Below are positions 1 to 12,039 of a stretch of 34,846 bases of DNA, one piece after another. Origin of the DNA: Hydrurus foetidus (lineage: Eukaryota); contig UYFQ01000052.1 in the NCBI GenBank assembly GCA_900617105.1, positions 1 to 34,846 of the forward strand. The letters run 5' to 3'. The notes beneath the pieces are model-generated. The model did no database searches, was not told where the DNA came from, and worked only from the letters and a program-made list of their open reading frames with translations. A program made the position numbers and the translations under genes. Every line of letters begins with the position of its first letter. Position 1 is the stretch's first letter.

Positions 1-136
1 AATATAGCCTGCTTTTACCGAGGCTCTGCTTTACTACTGCCAGGCAGCGCTTCGGTGAGAATGTGAGGTGACTAGGAAGTTTCAGACCATTTGCACTTGT
101 TACGTACAAACAGATGACTCCGACGATGGCGAGCAT
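1..136 (-). CDS. 5' end of an unidentified gene running off the window; N-terminus looks like a signal peptide plus transit peptide
   Basis: ATG at 136 (minus) reads MLAIVGVICLYVTSANGLKLPSHLTFSPKRCLAVVKQSLGKSRLY with no stop to the window edge. A hydrophobic core is followed by a basic/Ser-rich stretch with no acidic residues. It is divergent from the glutaredoxin gene. Confidence 0.5.
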   Translation of the reverse strand, partial: MLAIVGVICLYVTSANGLKLPSHLTFSPKRCLAVVKQSLGKSRLY

Positions 137-528
137 TGTTCAAGTTGACTGAAGATAGTCCCAGCACCCAAGACACCTCCAATTGCACCGTGGTCGAGGT
201 TGATGAAGCGATGAAGCAGTGCCCCACGGCAAAAGATCGATGAAATCTTGTCTCGATGCTTCAAGGGAAGGCCAAGCTGATTTCTCTAATCCTGACTTTT
301 AGAACTGGAACTCGAACTCAAGAATCAGAACACTCGACGTCACTATATGGTATAGCATGTGTTCCAACACACTTTCATTTCATGCACGTATACCTATATA
401 ATATAGCATGGAGGGTATGAGATTCGATCTGTTGTCTTTTACACTGATCCATTGCACGCCCTGTGCAAGACTCTGTTGGAAAAAAAAATTCTCTCCTCAA
501 CAAACTTTGAATCGCACAAGTAGCCACC

Positions 529-1748
529 ATGACGAGATCGTTTGTTGTCTTCTGCATGTTTTGCTCTTTCCTGCAACTTGGAATGAGCTTTTCGAGAAAT
601 TCTGTCATAAATGCAGTAGGCAAGGAAAGTTTGCGGCACAGGAGAACTTTTCTCCTCGACGCAGATTCAACCGTTGTCGAGATTGGCCCAATTCAGCCTC
701 TGCTTAATCTTGTAGGTAGGATCACAGCTTCTAAATTCTACTCAGGAATTGAAACTGTGATCGTACTTGGGCTATTATCTGCGATAGACGGTGGATACAG
801 TGGAGACTGGAGCAGGCTAGGAATAGTTACACCTGATGTCGAGGCCACACTACGATCTGCAATTACTAGCGTTGGCCTTTTCCATCTTGTCTGTGCTCCA
901 ATTGCTGCTCTCAGTGCATCGAAGAACAAGCAGCCAGTCGTACCAGCTGTTTTACATACCCTCCTCATTGGAGGTCTAGGCCTTGGAAAAGTACTGTTTC
1001 AAAAAGATGAAAATGCAATGAGAGCACCAAATATCAAACAGGGTTTCGCAGATGCAGTAGCTGGAAAGTACGACGAAGTTGCTGTCCGCCAATCAATCGA
1101 TGACGTAATCGATCAGAATTCAGTTGTGATGTTTTCCTTCAGTACCTGCCCGTATTGTATCAAAGCGAAGCAACTATTGATTGAAGAGTTGGGGGTCAAT
1201 GTGAAAGGTGAGAGTAATTATACTGGATGACGGTTCCAGAGAATTACAGGCCAATAATTCAAAATGTAACTACTTTTCATGATGTTTTCTCTCCTAAACA
1301 TTGAAGTAACCACATTTCTATATCGCCCCCTCCTCTCTTGTTGCAGTTGTAGAACTTGATACGGACAGAAAGGTTGGCTTTCCTATCAGAGCAGAACTCG
1401 GCAAGCTCACTGGACGCGTAACTGTTCCCAGCATCTGGATCGGTAAGCATCAACATATCTGCTGAAATCAGCCAATTTAAATAGACATCAAATAAGATTT
1501 TAATCTTTTGACTACACCACTACTTTGCAGGTGGACAGTTCATAGGGGGGTGCAATGACGGCCCAACAACAGTCACACAACCCGCTGTCAAGGCTGTCAA
1601 CAAAGGATTTAATTTTTTGGGATTCGGTGATAAAACAGAAGCTGTTGCATCATCAGATGCTAGAGCTGTATCTACAAAAGGCGGTGTGATATCCCTCAAC
1701 AATGAAGGCACACTGAATGCCCTGCTTGCAAGTGTAAAGGCGATATAG
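529..1748 (+). CDS. Dithiol (CPYC) glutaredoxin fused to an N-terminal membrane domain, probably plastid-targeted; exons 529-1207, 1347-1442, 1531-1748
   Basis: Motifs VVMFSFSTCPYC, ELD, TGRVTVPSIWIGGQFIGGCNDG join in frame across GT-AG introns 1208-1346 and 1443-1530; stop TAG 1746-1748. N-terminus MTRSFVVFCMFCSFLQLGMS-F resembles a signal peptide followed by F. Confidence 0.9.
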
Positions 1749-2399
1749 AAGTTTCATCTGCCGTGTAAAAAAGACTTCGAGAAATGCATTACACCAATAC
1801 TTTTCTCGCAGCCTCATTTGATCATGCTTTATTTAGAGGGCATTGGTAGTGAAATGCACATGTCAGATTATAAATGTCAAATTCAACTTCTGATTTCTTA
1901 TAGAGAGAACGCATGTAAGACTGTGTGTGAAACTGTAATAAAATTCTCAAAGACTTCCCTGGAAACTGTCTAATAGTTTGATGGCGGCGCTTAATGACTT
2001 TCAGCTTTAACTTCGTAGTAAAGTAACGCGCCGCGCTGAGAACTGAACGAGCCAAGACGTGATTCGAAAGTATCTGCAATTCCCGATATTCTTGTTCAGT
2101 ACCGTACGGTACCGTATCGGATGCAGCGGACAGTACAGACCCAACACCCAACCCTCTGAGGGAACGAACCGCTTCTCGAATGTTGTCCCTTTGAACAAAC
2201 AGCCTGTCATTTTGGTTGAATACCCATGAAATACAGTCTCAAACGTGCAAATTGCTGGTGTTTCGCGATGCCAACTTTTTGCTAACGCTTAAAGTTTGCC
2301 TAGGGCGCCTAATATTCAACTCAGGAATTACTGAAACTTGGTGTTCGCGGCAATCACAAATCAAATACCAGAGTCCAGTGACGATTCGTGTGATCAAAA

Positions 2400-3218
2400 A
2401 TGGCATCAGCAAAATTTCTGTTAGACAATCATGAAGATGGAGACTTTAATCAATACTGGTACTCGGAACACACAATCTCGAAGATTGTCGAAGCATTAGT
2501 TCGCAATGATGGGAGAATTGCCTTTCTGTCGACACCATCACTTTACTTCTCGTTGCCTGAGGAAACCAAGGCGAGAGCATATGTATTTGATGTAAGTCGA
2601 GAGTGCGATGCCAGTAGCGCTCACAAATTATTGCTCGCTTATTATTTCATACAAACGTCCTTCGGCATCTTCAGTTCGATAAAAAATGGTCTTCTGACCG
2701 CGGATTCGTTCATTACGATTACAACCAACCCGAAACATTTCCTTTGGAACTCAAGGGAACATTCGATATGGTCGTTGTTGATCCACCTTTCATTACTCAC
2801 GCAGTATGGGAGAGTTATGCAATTACAGTCAAATTGCTCTTGAAGAGTGGGACGAATGCGGATGGCTCTCCGAAGGGCAAAGTTATTCTCACTACCTTAC
2901 AGGAAAACGCTGATCACTTATACAGCATCTTGAAGGCGAAACCAACGGTGAGCAACTCAGGAAACACTTACAAATCCTCCATTGATTTCTTTTTGAGTGC
3001 GGAGACAGTGCTGTACAATTTCCAATATACGATCACCTACTCCAACGAAAAACGAAACACTCAGTAACGATTGTTCAGATTTTAAAATTCCTCATTATTA
3101 CCTCCTTCAATTCCAGAACTTTCAGCCGAGCATCCCGAATCTAGTGTACCAGTACAGTCTCTACACTAATTATGACTGTCCTGTGTTTGAGGGGTTAAAT
3201 CCCGAGATTCCCCAGTAG
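2400..3218 (+). CDS. EEF1AKMT1: EEF1A lysine methyltransferase 1 (N6AMT2/Efm5-like); exons 2400-2591, 2675-2947, 3117-3218
   Basis: Family motifs EDGDFNQYWYS, IAFLSTPSLY, FDFDKKW..FVHYDYNQP, VVVDPPF and FQPSIPNLVYQYSLYTNY assemble in frame over introns 2592-2674 and 2948-3116 (GT..AG). Confidence 0.88.
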
Positions 3219-3579
3219 TTGTTACTAAGAGATATTTCATTAGCATCAGATTTAAAACACGCATCGCCTTTGCGATACTCGTTTTCATCTTCGTGAATGG
3301 TTGACTCCACTCAACCATTTTTGCGTCACTGAGGTACTTCACAGTGGAAATGCATTTCTTAAATTCTTTTCGGTACCCGGTTCCGGGGTGATTTCTTATC
3401 ATTAACTTGCAGCATTTTAATTGCAACGTTACCAAGTTGAGTCATGTTTTCTATAGAATTTTTAATCATGTAAATTATTGACGAAATTCACTGATGGCTG
3501 CAATCTCCCGAAGGTGAAGTTTCTACAGTGTACACTGATACAGAAGCTATGACGACGCAGATGTAAAGGGATGGGTGAT

Positions 3580-4770
3580 TTAAACAGTGCCGGCTATATA
3601 GTCTATTATAGTATCCCATAAGCAAGCTAGAATAATGAAGGTAGCGCCAAGCAGTGTTCCGACAGTGACATGTTCCTTTAGAATGATGGCGGCAAAAGCT
3701 GTCGCGAATAGTGGCTCAAGAGAATATATCAAAGTCGTTTCTGCTGCAGTAAGAACACGAATCACCTGCTGCTCTGCGAAAGACGTAAACGCTGTAGTAA
3801 ATACACCTGAGTACACTAGTCCTGCGATAACTTTCCAACCCTTTAATGCAGTGAACAACTTTTCGCACTCGGCAGGGAAGTCGCTTCCACCAGCTGCGCT
3901 ACAGCAGAAGTTCATACTAATGGAGCTCCAGGCGACTCCCAATATTGCAGTCGTTGATAACATGATGCCGGTGATGGAGGAAATTTCGGTGGGAAATTTG
4001 ATTCCGAGCTGTGCTGATCGCCAGAAACACATCGAGAACGATATCGGGGTTATCAAGAGAGCCAAGTCAGATAATTTAGCTGGCTCCATACCGCTACCCC
4101 ATTCCAACACTGCGACACCGCAGAGTGCCAAAAATGGCTGAATAAAAGGTATTTTGCTAACTTTGTGAAGAAATGACTTGTAAATTACTGGCTTGGTCGC
4201 TGGTTCTTTTGTTGAAGTCACTCCTGACCCTGATCTCACATTTGAAATTAGTTTTTCCACAACTTCAAATATTGGAGGCATTAGGACCGAAAGCCCGCAG
4301 AAGAATGCCGCCTTGCTGGCACTAGTTTTCGTAAGAACCATAGCTTGACTAATGAAGCCGATCGAGCACCAAACACCCAGTTCCATGCTTCCTAGAGACA
4401 GCGCTGACCCTCCTCTCAGCCCTCTGATGGTCGAAGGTAGGAATAGGGCGGATGCGATGATGAATCTAAAGGTTGTCACAAAGGCAGGATTCAACGCGTC
4501 CTGCAGAAGCTTCGTCAGGGAGTAATTGCTGCCGTATAATGCAGCGCATGACACCAGAAGTGCTCGTGCAGTCGATGGCTTCAAAACAGCTTCTGTTGTC
4601 AGCTGTAAGTTTGCAATCAATTCAGCAGAGCATGAAGCTCGTGTTGTGATTTTGTTTGGAAGAACCAATGACGTTGGAGATGTAATACTTGCCCCATTGA
4701 CAGATGAAGAAAACTGCTTGGCTCTGCTTAGATCGAGGATGATGAGCAAGAAAGTCCCAAAAAACTTCAT
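3580..4770 (-). CDS. EamA/drug-metabolite transporter (DMT) family membrane protein with an N-terminal targeting sequence
   Basis: Intronless 396-aa ORF with multiple hydrophobic helices and EamA-like motifs LYGSNY..TK, FRF.IA, TSASKAAFF.GL and LIYSLEPLFATAFA.IILKE. Confidence 0.85.
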   Translation of the reverse strand: MKFFGTFLLIILDLSRAKQFSSSVNGASITSPTSLVLPNKITTRASCSAELIANLQLTTEAVLKPSTARALLVSCAALYGSNYSLTKLLQDALNPAFVTTFRFIIASALFLPSTIRGLRGGSALSLGSMELGVWCSIGFISQAMVLTKTSASKAAFFCGLSVLMPPIFEVVEKLISNVRSGSGVTSTKEPATKPVIYKSFLHKVSKIPFIQPFLALCGVAVLEWGSGMEPAKLSDLALLITPISFSMCFWRSAQLGIKFPTEISSITGIMLSTTAILGVAWSSISMNFCCSAAGGSDFPAECEKLFTALKGWKVIAGLVYSGVFTTAFTSFAEQQVIRVLTAAETTLIYSLEPLFATAFAAIILKEHVTVGTLLGATFIILACLWDTIIDYIAGTV

Positions 4771-5370
4771 GATCGGAGTTTAGCGACTGGCGTACGTTTT
4801 CAGTCGAGTTTTATCCCGATAGTATGCAAGACATCGTTGGTCTTTCAACAGATGGAATCTACTTCTTGTTGAATACCCTAACCAGAACACGAGCTATGAA
4901 TGGTGGCCGGTGGTAAAACTGCAGGGTGGGTCATGAATTCAAATTCGAGTAACGGTGTCTGCTGTGTGCATAAAGAACCGACCGTAACTGCCGTAGGCTT
5001 TGCGGTGTAGTTATACAGTATGATTTGTTCTGTACTGAATAGATAGTTTTGACGAGGAATCTCCCGGGAATTATTTCCTGAGAAGCCCTTCCGCTTCATT
5101 TCAGAAATAGCTACTACTCTCAGACTACTCATGACTATGTTTTTCAACAAATCATCACTGCAACTGAACCCGCAGAACACTCCCCAGAGGATATATTTCG
5201 TGAAAGCTGAAGTGCCTGGGCTGCCACTCCTTTTGTTATCTTTAAATAATTCAAAGCATGAATAGAATTTATATCTAAATTCTATAAATTCAAATATCGC
5301 TGGAGTGTTAACATACTAGCGTATTTACATACAGAATATGTTATCTAATATTTTGCGTCTACAGCAGTGC

Positions 5371-5566
5371 TGTGGCCCTGAAGGAACTAGGCTAGAGGGC
5401 TAGGAGGTGTTGGGTTAGGCTTACAAAGGGGTTGTTGAACTATATATGAGCAGGGAAACATCCTACTAGGGTGCTAGGAGTCTACCTAGAAGTCTACAGT
5501 GTGTTTGGGTATGAACCCAAACAGACGGAATGGGGTCCAAGGTCCCGAGGTCCCCAGACGGCTACA
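5371..5566 (-). repeat. 3' LTR of the Gypsy element
   Basis: Direct repeat of 12176-12371. Contains the hairpin TGTTTGGGT-ATGA-ACCCAAACA (5502-5523) and a TATATA run. Confidence 0.95.
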
Positions 5567-5963
5567 CTACCCCCACTTATTTTAACTAAAATTGAAATCA
5601 ATTTTGAGAATGAATAAACTAGGCTAGCGCTTTTAGGAAGGGCAAGTAACCTAACGCTTCTTAAGGAAGAGTGAAAATGATTTTTATGATCTAAACTAAC
5701 GCTTCAGAAGGAAGAGTAACTAAACTAGCGCTTCATAATGAAGGGCAACATTTCCAAAAATTAGATGACATTTTTATTTTCTTTCAGAAATATGTATAAA
5801 ACACAATACAATATGTGAAAAGAAAAAAAAGAAGGGGGGGTTGTGTGTCGAGTGTGTGTACTCGTGAATGATTATGTCAGATTTGTACTGACTAACCTCC
5901 GTAAAAAAAACTCAAGTAATTGAGGTAAAAAAATATTTAGGAGTAATCTTCAAAAGATATCAT

Positions 5964-8900
5964 TCACGGTTCTTCCCTTGTATTGGGAGTCATATTTCGA
6001 AATTCTTTTGGAATAACGTGCAACATGTTGTTATTGCGCAGATACGTATGAAGTTGATCTGTGGCGCGCATGGACTTCCATGGTTCCCATGAATTATGGT
6101 TTGAATCGTAGTTCAACCATTTAACATAAAATTTCATTGTAGAAGGTTTCTTTTTATTTCCAACGTGGGAAACGATCTCTTCAATAAAAAATTCCATGTA
6201 GTCGCGACGAGCTGTGTCAGTCGGTGATTGGGAAGTTGGGTTGAACCTAAACGGTTTCAACTGACTTGCATGAACATCACGATTTTTCTTCGTGATAAGA
6301 TTTTTAATAGTGTATTCACTTTTATCATAGCTTACAACAAGAAATGGGCCCAGCCACATACTGTGCAATCTAGTCTCAGCACCTCTAGGGTTGAGAGTGA
6401 GAACGTACGAACCTATTGGAAAAATAGTTCTAGGTTCTGTATTAACGGCTACACGGTTAATATCTGTTGTCTTCAACTTATTTATCGCTAAATCGTTGAG
6501 TTGCGTTTGGATGAGCAGCATGTCTGCAATCACCTTCGACGAACGAGTCGGAACTTGTGTTTGATCTGGAAACCTAACAAGAATACCTCTATCAAGGTTT
6601 AGTTGGTTTCCAAACAGCAAGCTAGCTGGTGAAGCTCCCGTACTTGAATGTACGGAACTGTTGATAATTCTCTGCACGAAAGGCAGGCAAAGCCTGTAGG
6701 CTTCGAGATTTGTAGAGTGGAATGTAAAAGCACGTAAGTGTCGATTAACTTCCTTATTAACTCTTTCCACTATAGCATTCTCCTGCTTTGAGTATGCCAA
6801 GGTTAAGTTGTGGGGGTCCCTGTACGGAGTAAGAACTCACGTATGATTTCATTCATGAAATGAGATCCACGATCCGATCGGATCATGCTTGGTGCACCAA
6901 ATCTACCGAAGAATTGTAGAAGGCATTCACATGCACATTGTGCAGTGTTGTTAACACACCAGTAAAGCTCAGTCCATCTTGTGAATGAACAAATCATTAC
7001 CAAAACATATCCATTATCCGGATACGGACCAATATAGTCGATGTTGACTGTGTCAAACGGTCTATAAGTAGACGTTGTGTATTTATGAATGTGAACAGGG
7101 ATTTTGATCACACTCATTTTTTGGCAACATGCGCAATTGCGGATGAAGTCTCTAACATGGGATGTCATGTCGAGCCATTCCTCATCTATACTTGACAGTT
7201 TATCGAGGGTACGAGCAATGCCTCCATGTCCCACCATGGCATTATGGCACATCTCTATAGCTTCGAGTTGTAACTCGGTAACAGGTGCAACTTCATGTAG
7301 AGCTGATATATGAACATCAATTTCCTCCACTCTAGTAGGTGGGTCAAGAATCACCAACTGTGTTAAGTTAGGACATAACCGAGACAGTGCATCGGCAATG
7401 AAGTTCTTGGGTCCACTTATATAGGACACAGTGTAGTCTAGCTCTTGGAGAGCCATCGACCATCTATTTACCATTGCTGATGGATCTTGACCTAAGAAGG
7501 TTAAGTTCTTATGATCAGTATGGATGATAAATTTTCTATCTCTTATAAGAGAGTCAAGTTGTTTACAGCAAAAATATATTGCATAGGCCTCCTTTTGAAT
7601 GGTAGACCATTTAACTTGTGTTGCGCTAAGCGACTTACTCACAAATGAGATTGGATTCTTGACAGAATTAGTTACTTGGAATAATACTCCACCTACTCCG
7701 TAGTCAGAGGCATCGGTGTATAACTCGATGGGTGACACTTCGTCTAAGAAGTGTAGCAGCGGACAGCGGGATATGGCTTGTCTTATGAGAACAAAAGCCT
7801 TATCTGCTTCCGTAGTCCACTGAAGGGCTGACTTTTTCCTCCCTTTAGGGTCAATCATCCTCTGAAGGGGTGCAACGATGTCGGAATGAAAAGGAACAAA
7901 ATTCCTGAAGTAATTCGCCAAGCCCAACAGACTTCGTAAAGAAGTAAGTGTCATGGGTTTTGGGAAATTTAGGACAGATTCAATCTTCTCTTTTGACATT
8001 GATATGCCCTGAGAAGAGATCTGTCTGCCAACATAATCGATCTGAGACATCCCAAATCTACATTTCTTTGCTTTAAGCAGTAAACCAAAACAGCGAAAAC
8101 GTCGAAAGACTCGTTCTAGTCTCTCCAGGAACTCGTCCTGGCCTCGTGCAAAAACGATACAATCGTCTAAGTACATCTCACAAGAAATGTAGATGAGTCC
8201 ATTAAGGACAATAGTCGCCATCATCTCTTGGAAGTAAGAGGGGGCTCTCCGAGGACCGAAGGGGAGTCTGGTGAATTGGTATACACCGCAATAACAAATG
8301 AACGCAGTCAGGACCTTGGATCCTTGATCCATAGGTGCCTGATGGTAACCAGAAGTTAAATCCATAACTCCGAATATGACTGGCTGTTGATGGCCGATTC
8401 TCTCAAAAGAGCTCGAATGTTCGGAAGCGGCCAGCTGGAAGCCTGTGTGCATTTGTTCAGATTTCGGTAGTCAATGCAAAATCTGAACAAGTCAGCTGTT
8501 CTCTGTACTATGACAGGATGGCTATAATAAACCGCATTCGATTCCTCGATGACTCCCGAGTTCAACATCTCATCGATGGCACGTTTGATCTCTCGTTCTT
8601 TTCGAACTGATTGGAGACGAACGGCTGTTCTATTTTAGAACATTCCCAATCCCTTTTATTGACCTTTATAACAAAGGGGGGAAGTCTAGCCGGTTTAACT
8701 GCTAGCTTATCACTAAATATGTCTGCATATTTAAGACAGAGTTGTCTAATAAGAAATTGTTGGTGTTCCGTTCCATCAATTTTTATCTGTGACAAAAAGT
8801 CCTCTGGCCTTGGAGGCGGAGCAGTCTGCTGAACGCGTTCAGGTAAGAATGGGCGAAATGTATCCGTCTTATCATTATCTATCTCGTCAGAAGAGATTAT

Positions 8901-9570
8901 GATACCACTAGGTGTTTCCACTGTAGTAGCTGTTGGAGTACCTTCTGGCATTTCACATAAATGTGCTAGGGTGTACGTACGAGTACGTATGACACCACTA
9001 TGGTTTGATACATAGTTACAACTGTTACGCGTAGGTTCGACCCCAGCGGCGTTTGGTTGACTAGAGCATCCGACATCAGAACAGTTAGCGACTCTGTTTG
9101 AGTCTATTTTGTGATAAGCCATGGTACTGTTACCAGAATGAGGACATACCAAATCATCCTTCTTGCCCACACATTCCGACGGAATGCACTCAGCAGATAA
9201 GAAAACTTTCATTCTTTCGAAGGAGTTCTCCATATTAGGTCTCCCTATTTCGTAGGGAGTCTTCTCGAAGAAGTCATATTTCTTAAGAGTTGTTCGACCC
9301 AGAATTAAGTCGATGGTGTTTGGAATAATCCGCACCGTTAAGAAAATGGTATTAATTAATAAATTATGGGTGACAAAAGTCATTCCAATATCAATTACTT
9401 GGTCCCTAACATAACATGTGTTATCTAGACCCGAACATATAGTTAAAGCTTTAGAAGAAGTATAAACAAAATCTTGAGCATTTAAACTAATTACAAAATC
9501 TTGACTAATAAAGTCGCCAGGGAGACTCCCGGTGTCGAGTAGGACCTTTGCCAGAACTCGTTCAGCCCTA
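5964..9570 (-). CDS. pol: Gypsy Pol (protease-RT-RNase H-integrase-chromodomain), broken in this sequence by three single-base frameshifts
   Basis: LLDTGS (PR); RFCIDYRNLN, DLTSGYHQ, LPFG and YLDD (RT); TDASDYGVG (RH); H..GH..C..C, IDYIGP, SDRG and ENAIVER (IN); FYVKWLNYDSNHNSWEP (chromodomain). Frameshifts near 8635, 8406 and 6814. Confidence 0.92.
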
Positions 9571-12039
9571 AGGGTGGGATGGTGGTGGTTGTTGGGGCTG
9601 GTATGCACTTGGACCCGCACCCCGTCCTTGACTATACTTCGCTTGTTTTCTGTTTCTGCGTGTTTCTGCGTACTGTGCATTGTTAGCGGGGTCGTGTTGA
9701 CCGGGTAACGTAGGTACGGTAGCTCCTCCATTGTCAAAACGAGCACGCTTGTTGGGTAGTTGGAGCATCGAGTATCTAAACTCGGACACTGGTTTGACCA
9801 GGTAGCGGACAGCATGGTTTGGTAGTTGGGCTCCATCATCATAAGCTTCGAAGCCATATGAATGCCACATCTTACCCGCTGTTGAATCTTTCCATTGAAG
9901 GTGGAGTTCACTATGGTTGGCGTCTGTGCGAAACAGAACTGGACAGAGTCTGACTTCATGTCCAGTGTGACCGCATGAGCGACATGGGATTGGCGCTGGT
10001 TGCGGCAACAACTGAATTATTGATTCAGTTGTTGGTCTCCTCAGCACTGCTGCACTGGGTGAGGATGCATGTGCATGAGCATGTGCAGGTGCAGCAGAAG
10101 GTTGAGGGTTAGCTGGTGAGTTCGCCAGCGCTGACTTGAGGTAGACAGCGGCAGCGTAAGAACGCTGTTCAGGGATTATCGGTGTTCTGGCCTGCCGAGT
10201 CTCCTGCTCCTGGTATTTGCTAAACAGAGTATGAATAGCGGAGGTATCGCCATAATTAGCAACTCGTTCAACGAGCTTCCTAACATTGAAGATGCATTTA
10301 CCAAGACGAGTGAACGCTTGTTCCCACGTTTCGTTCGGTATAGGTTTACCCTCGTTGCCACGAGCCGCGAAATAGTCGCTTTTAAGCTGACTATCCGGTT
10401 TCAGTTTTTTCTCGATCGTAACTATCAGTGCAGCATGCTGCGCCGGAGTGATCGGTTGGGTATTCTCATAGACCGTTGTTAACGCCTTGAGAGCCATGAA
10501 GGATTTTCTCTCAATGTCTGCGTTGGTGTAACAGAAAGAGATTTCAAGTCGTGAGAAGTTCTCAACGAGTGTTCTACCAATATCATTTCTGTCGCCAAAG
10601 TATTTGGTTATGATTTGGGCAGCCTGTTTGACTGTAACATGATTGTACCATGTTGAGTATTTGCTTGGAGGGATCAGAGTGAACTCTGGATCGCTCGCGA
10701 ACGCATACTGTACCACATAGGTGGCAGGGTTAACCACCACCTGGTGTACCAGGAAGTTCTCATGCCATTGATTGGCTTGGTTCTGAAACTGGGCAGCTTG
10801 TTCTCCAGTTATCTCTGGGGTATCAATGATGAATAACGGTTTCTGTAGGTTCAAACCGCCAGTCATTGTCTGCTTCAACGCCGTCGTAACCTGTTCCATA
10901 TTGTACTGAGGGTTCGGTTGTGGGTTGGGTACTACGTCGATGACGACGGGCGAGAGAGGTATCTGTCTCTGTTGCTCACGTGGTTTCTCACGTGGTACTC
11001 CATCGCTAACGATGGGTGCGACTGCTGCGTTAAGCAGGGTAGGATCGGGAACGCGAGGTTCAGGAGTCCGCGGTACAGCAATGACGCTGGATGAGCTCGA
11101 CGAGCTACTCGAAATCGACGGTTCGGTTTCAACAAGTTCCTGAAAAGGACTTTGGGCGTCGTATGGAATCTCTCCACACTCTTCTAGATCAGTCAGATGT
11201 TGATCAGAAGGAAAGGATTCCATGTCCATATCTCCCTCATCAGGGTTATCATCCGCATATGAAGCGGGTAAATCAGAATTTTCTTCCAAAGTTGAATTCT
11301 CATACTCCGACTCCATCAAGGGGTTTCTCCGCCTTGTTTGCGGGTTAGATCCACGCCGTAAAGGCTGAACAGGGTTCTTCTTCACCATAGGGTGAGTGTT
11401 TTCAGTCAATAATTCCACACGAAGTGTTGGAATTATATTCTGGAGATTTTCGTATAGAAAACTATCTCCCGACGCCTCGTAAGAAGCGTTTCCACGCTCA
11501 ACGGGATATAACCCCGGAACGTTTTTCTCTCTAAGTGGATTGCTTAGGTTTGACTCGGTTTGTTGAACCGGTGTGAATGTCGACTTATAAGTTGGTCGAG
11601 TTTGCAAAACAGAAACAGGCGTAACACTCAGAAATTCGTTGGTTTCCAACAAATTCGACAAGGTTTCGTGTTGAAACCTCGGTATACAGCGGAGCGAACT
11701 TGCTGGAAGTCGCTTCTCAACTGTTCTCGGTTTGAAAACCGGTCGACTTCGCTTAAAAGCTGAAGGTGCAGGGGTTACGCAAGAGAGTGCTGGGTGTGTG
11801 GAAGGAGTAGAGTAGTAATTAGAGGCGTTATAAAGCGATGAACTCGCGGTTTCTCTATCAAGAGAATGACGTAGGACTGTAGGAGCTACTGTCCACGGAC
11901 GTGGGTCGGTGAAAGTTGATGGATTAGACGGAGGATTGTCAGGCGGACGATCTGGATCGTCGTCGGCGTAGGTAATCTCCGGAGTTGGGCAGCGGTTTTC
12001 GAGTTCCTCTCGAATAGCACGTTGCTCCGCCAAAAACAA
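9568..12039 (-). CDS. gag: Gypsy Gag with CCHC zinc knuckle
   Basis: Long ORF containing CRSCGHTGHEVRLC (CX2CX4HX4C). The annotated start is TTG and the first in-frame ATG is at 11388, so the true start is uncertain. Confidence 0.8.
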   Translation of the reverse strand: MFLAEQRAIREELENRCPTPEITYADDDPDRPPDNPPSNPSTFTDPRPWTVAPTVLRHSLDRETASSSLYNASNYYSTPSTHPALSCVTPAPSAFKRSRPVFKPRTVEKRLPASSLRCIPRFQHETLSNLLETNEFLSVTPVSVLQTRPTYKSTFTPVQQTESNLSNPLREKNVPGLYPVERGNASYEASGDSFLYENLQNIIPTLRVELLTENTHPMVKKNPVQPLRRGSNPQTRRRNPLMESEYENSTLEENSDLPASYADDNPDEGDMDMESFPSDQHLTDLEECGEIPYDAQSPFQELVETEPSISSSSSSSSSVIAVPRTPEPRVPDPTLLNAAVAPIVSDGVPREKPREQQRQIPLSPVVIDVVPNPQPNPQYNMEQVTTALKQTMTGGLNLQKPLFIIDTPEITGEQAAQFQNQANQWHENFLVHQVVVNPATYVVQYAFASDPEFTLIPPSKYSTWYNHVTVKQAAQIITKYFGDRNDIGRTLVENFSRLEISFCYTNADIERKSFMALKALTTVYENTQPITPAQHAALIVTIEKKLKPDSQLKSDYFAARGNEGKPIPNETWEQAFTRLGKCIFNVRKLVERVANYGDTSAIHTLFSKYQEQETRQARTPIIPEQRSYAAAVYLKSALANSPANPQPSAAPAHAHAHASSPSAAVLRRPTTESIIQLLPQPAPIPCRSCGHTGHEVRLCPVLFRTDANHSELHLQWKDSTAGKMWHSYGFEAYDDGAQLPNHAVRYLVKPVSEFRYSMLQLPNKRARFDNGGATVPTLPGQHDPANNAQYAETRRNRKQAKYSQGRGAGPSAYQPQQPPPSHP

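Noticed and set aside
2744..3067. DPPF motif suggesting a DNA adenine methyltransferase (restriction-modification)
   Set aside because: The flanking motifs and intron structure fit the eukaryotic EEF1AKMT1/Efm5 protein-lysine methyltransferase.
3635..4783. Plus-strand ORFs 3635-4141 and 4526-4783
   Set aside because: They are antisense shadows of the EamA gene with no recognisable motifs.
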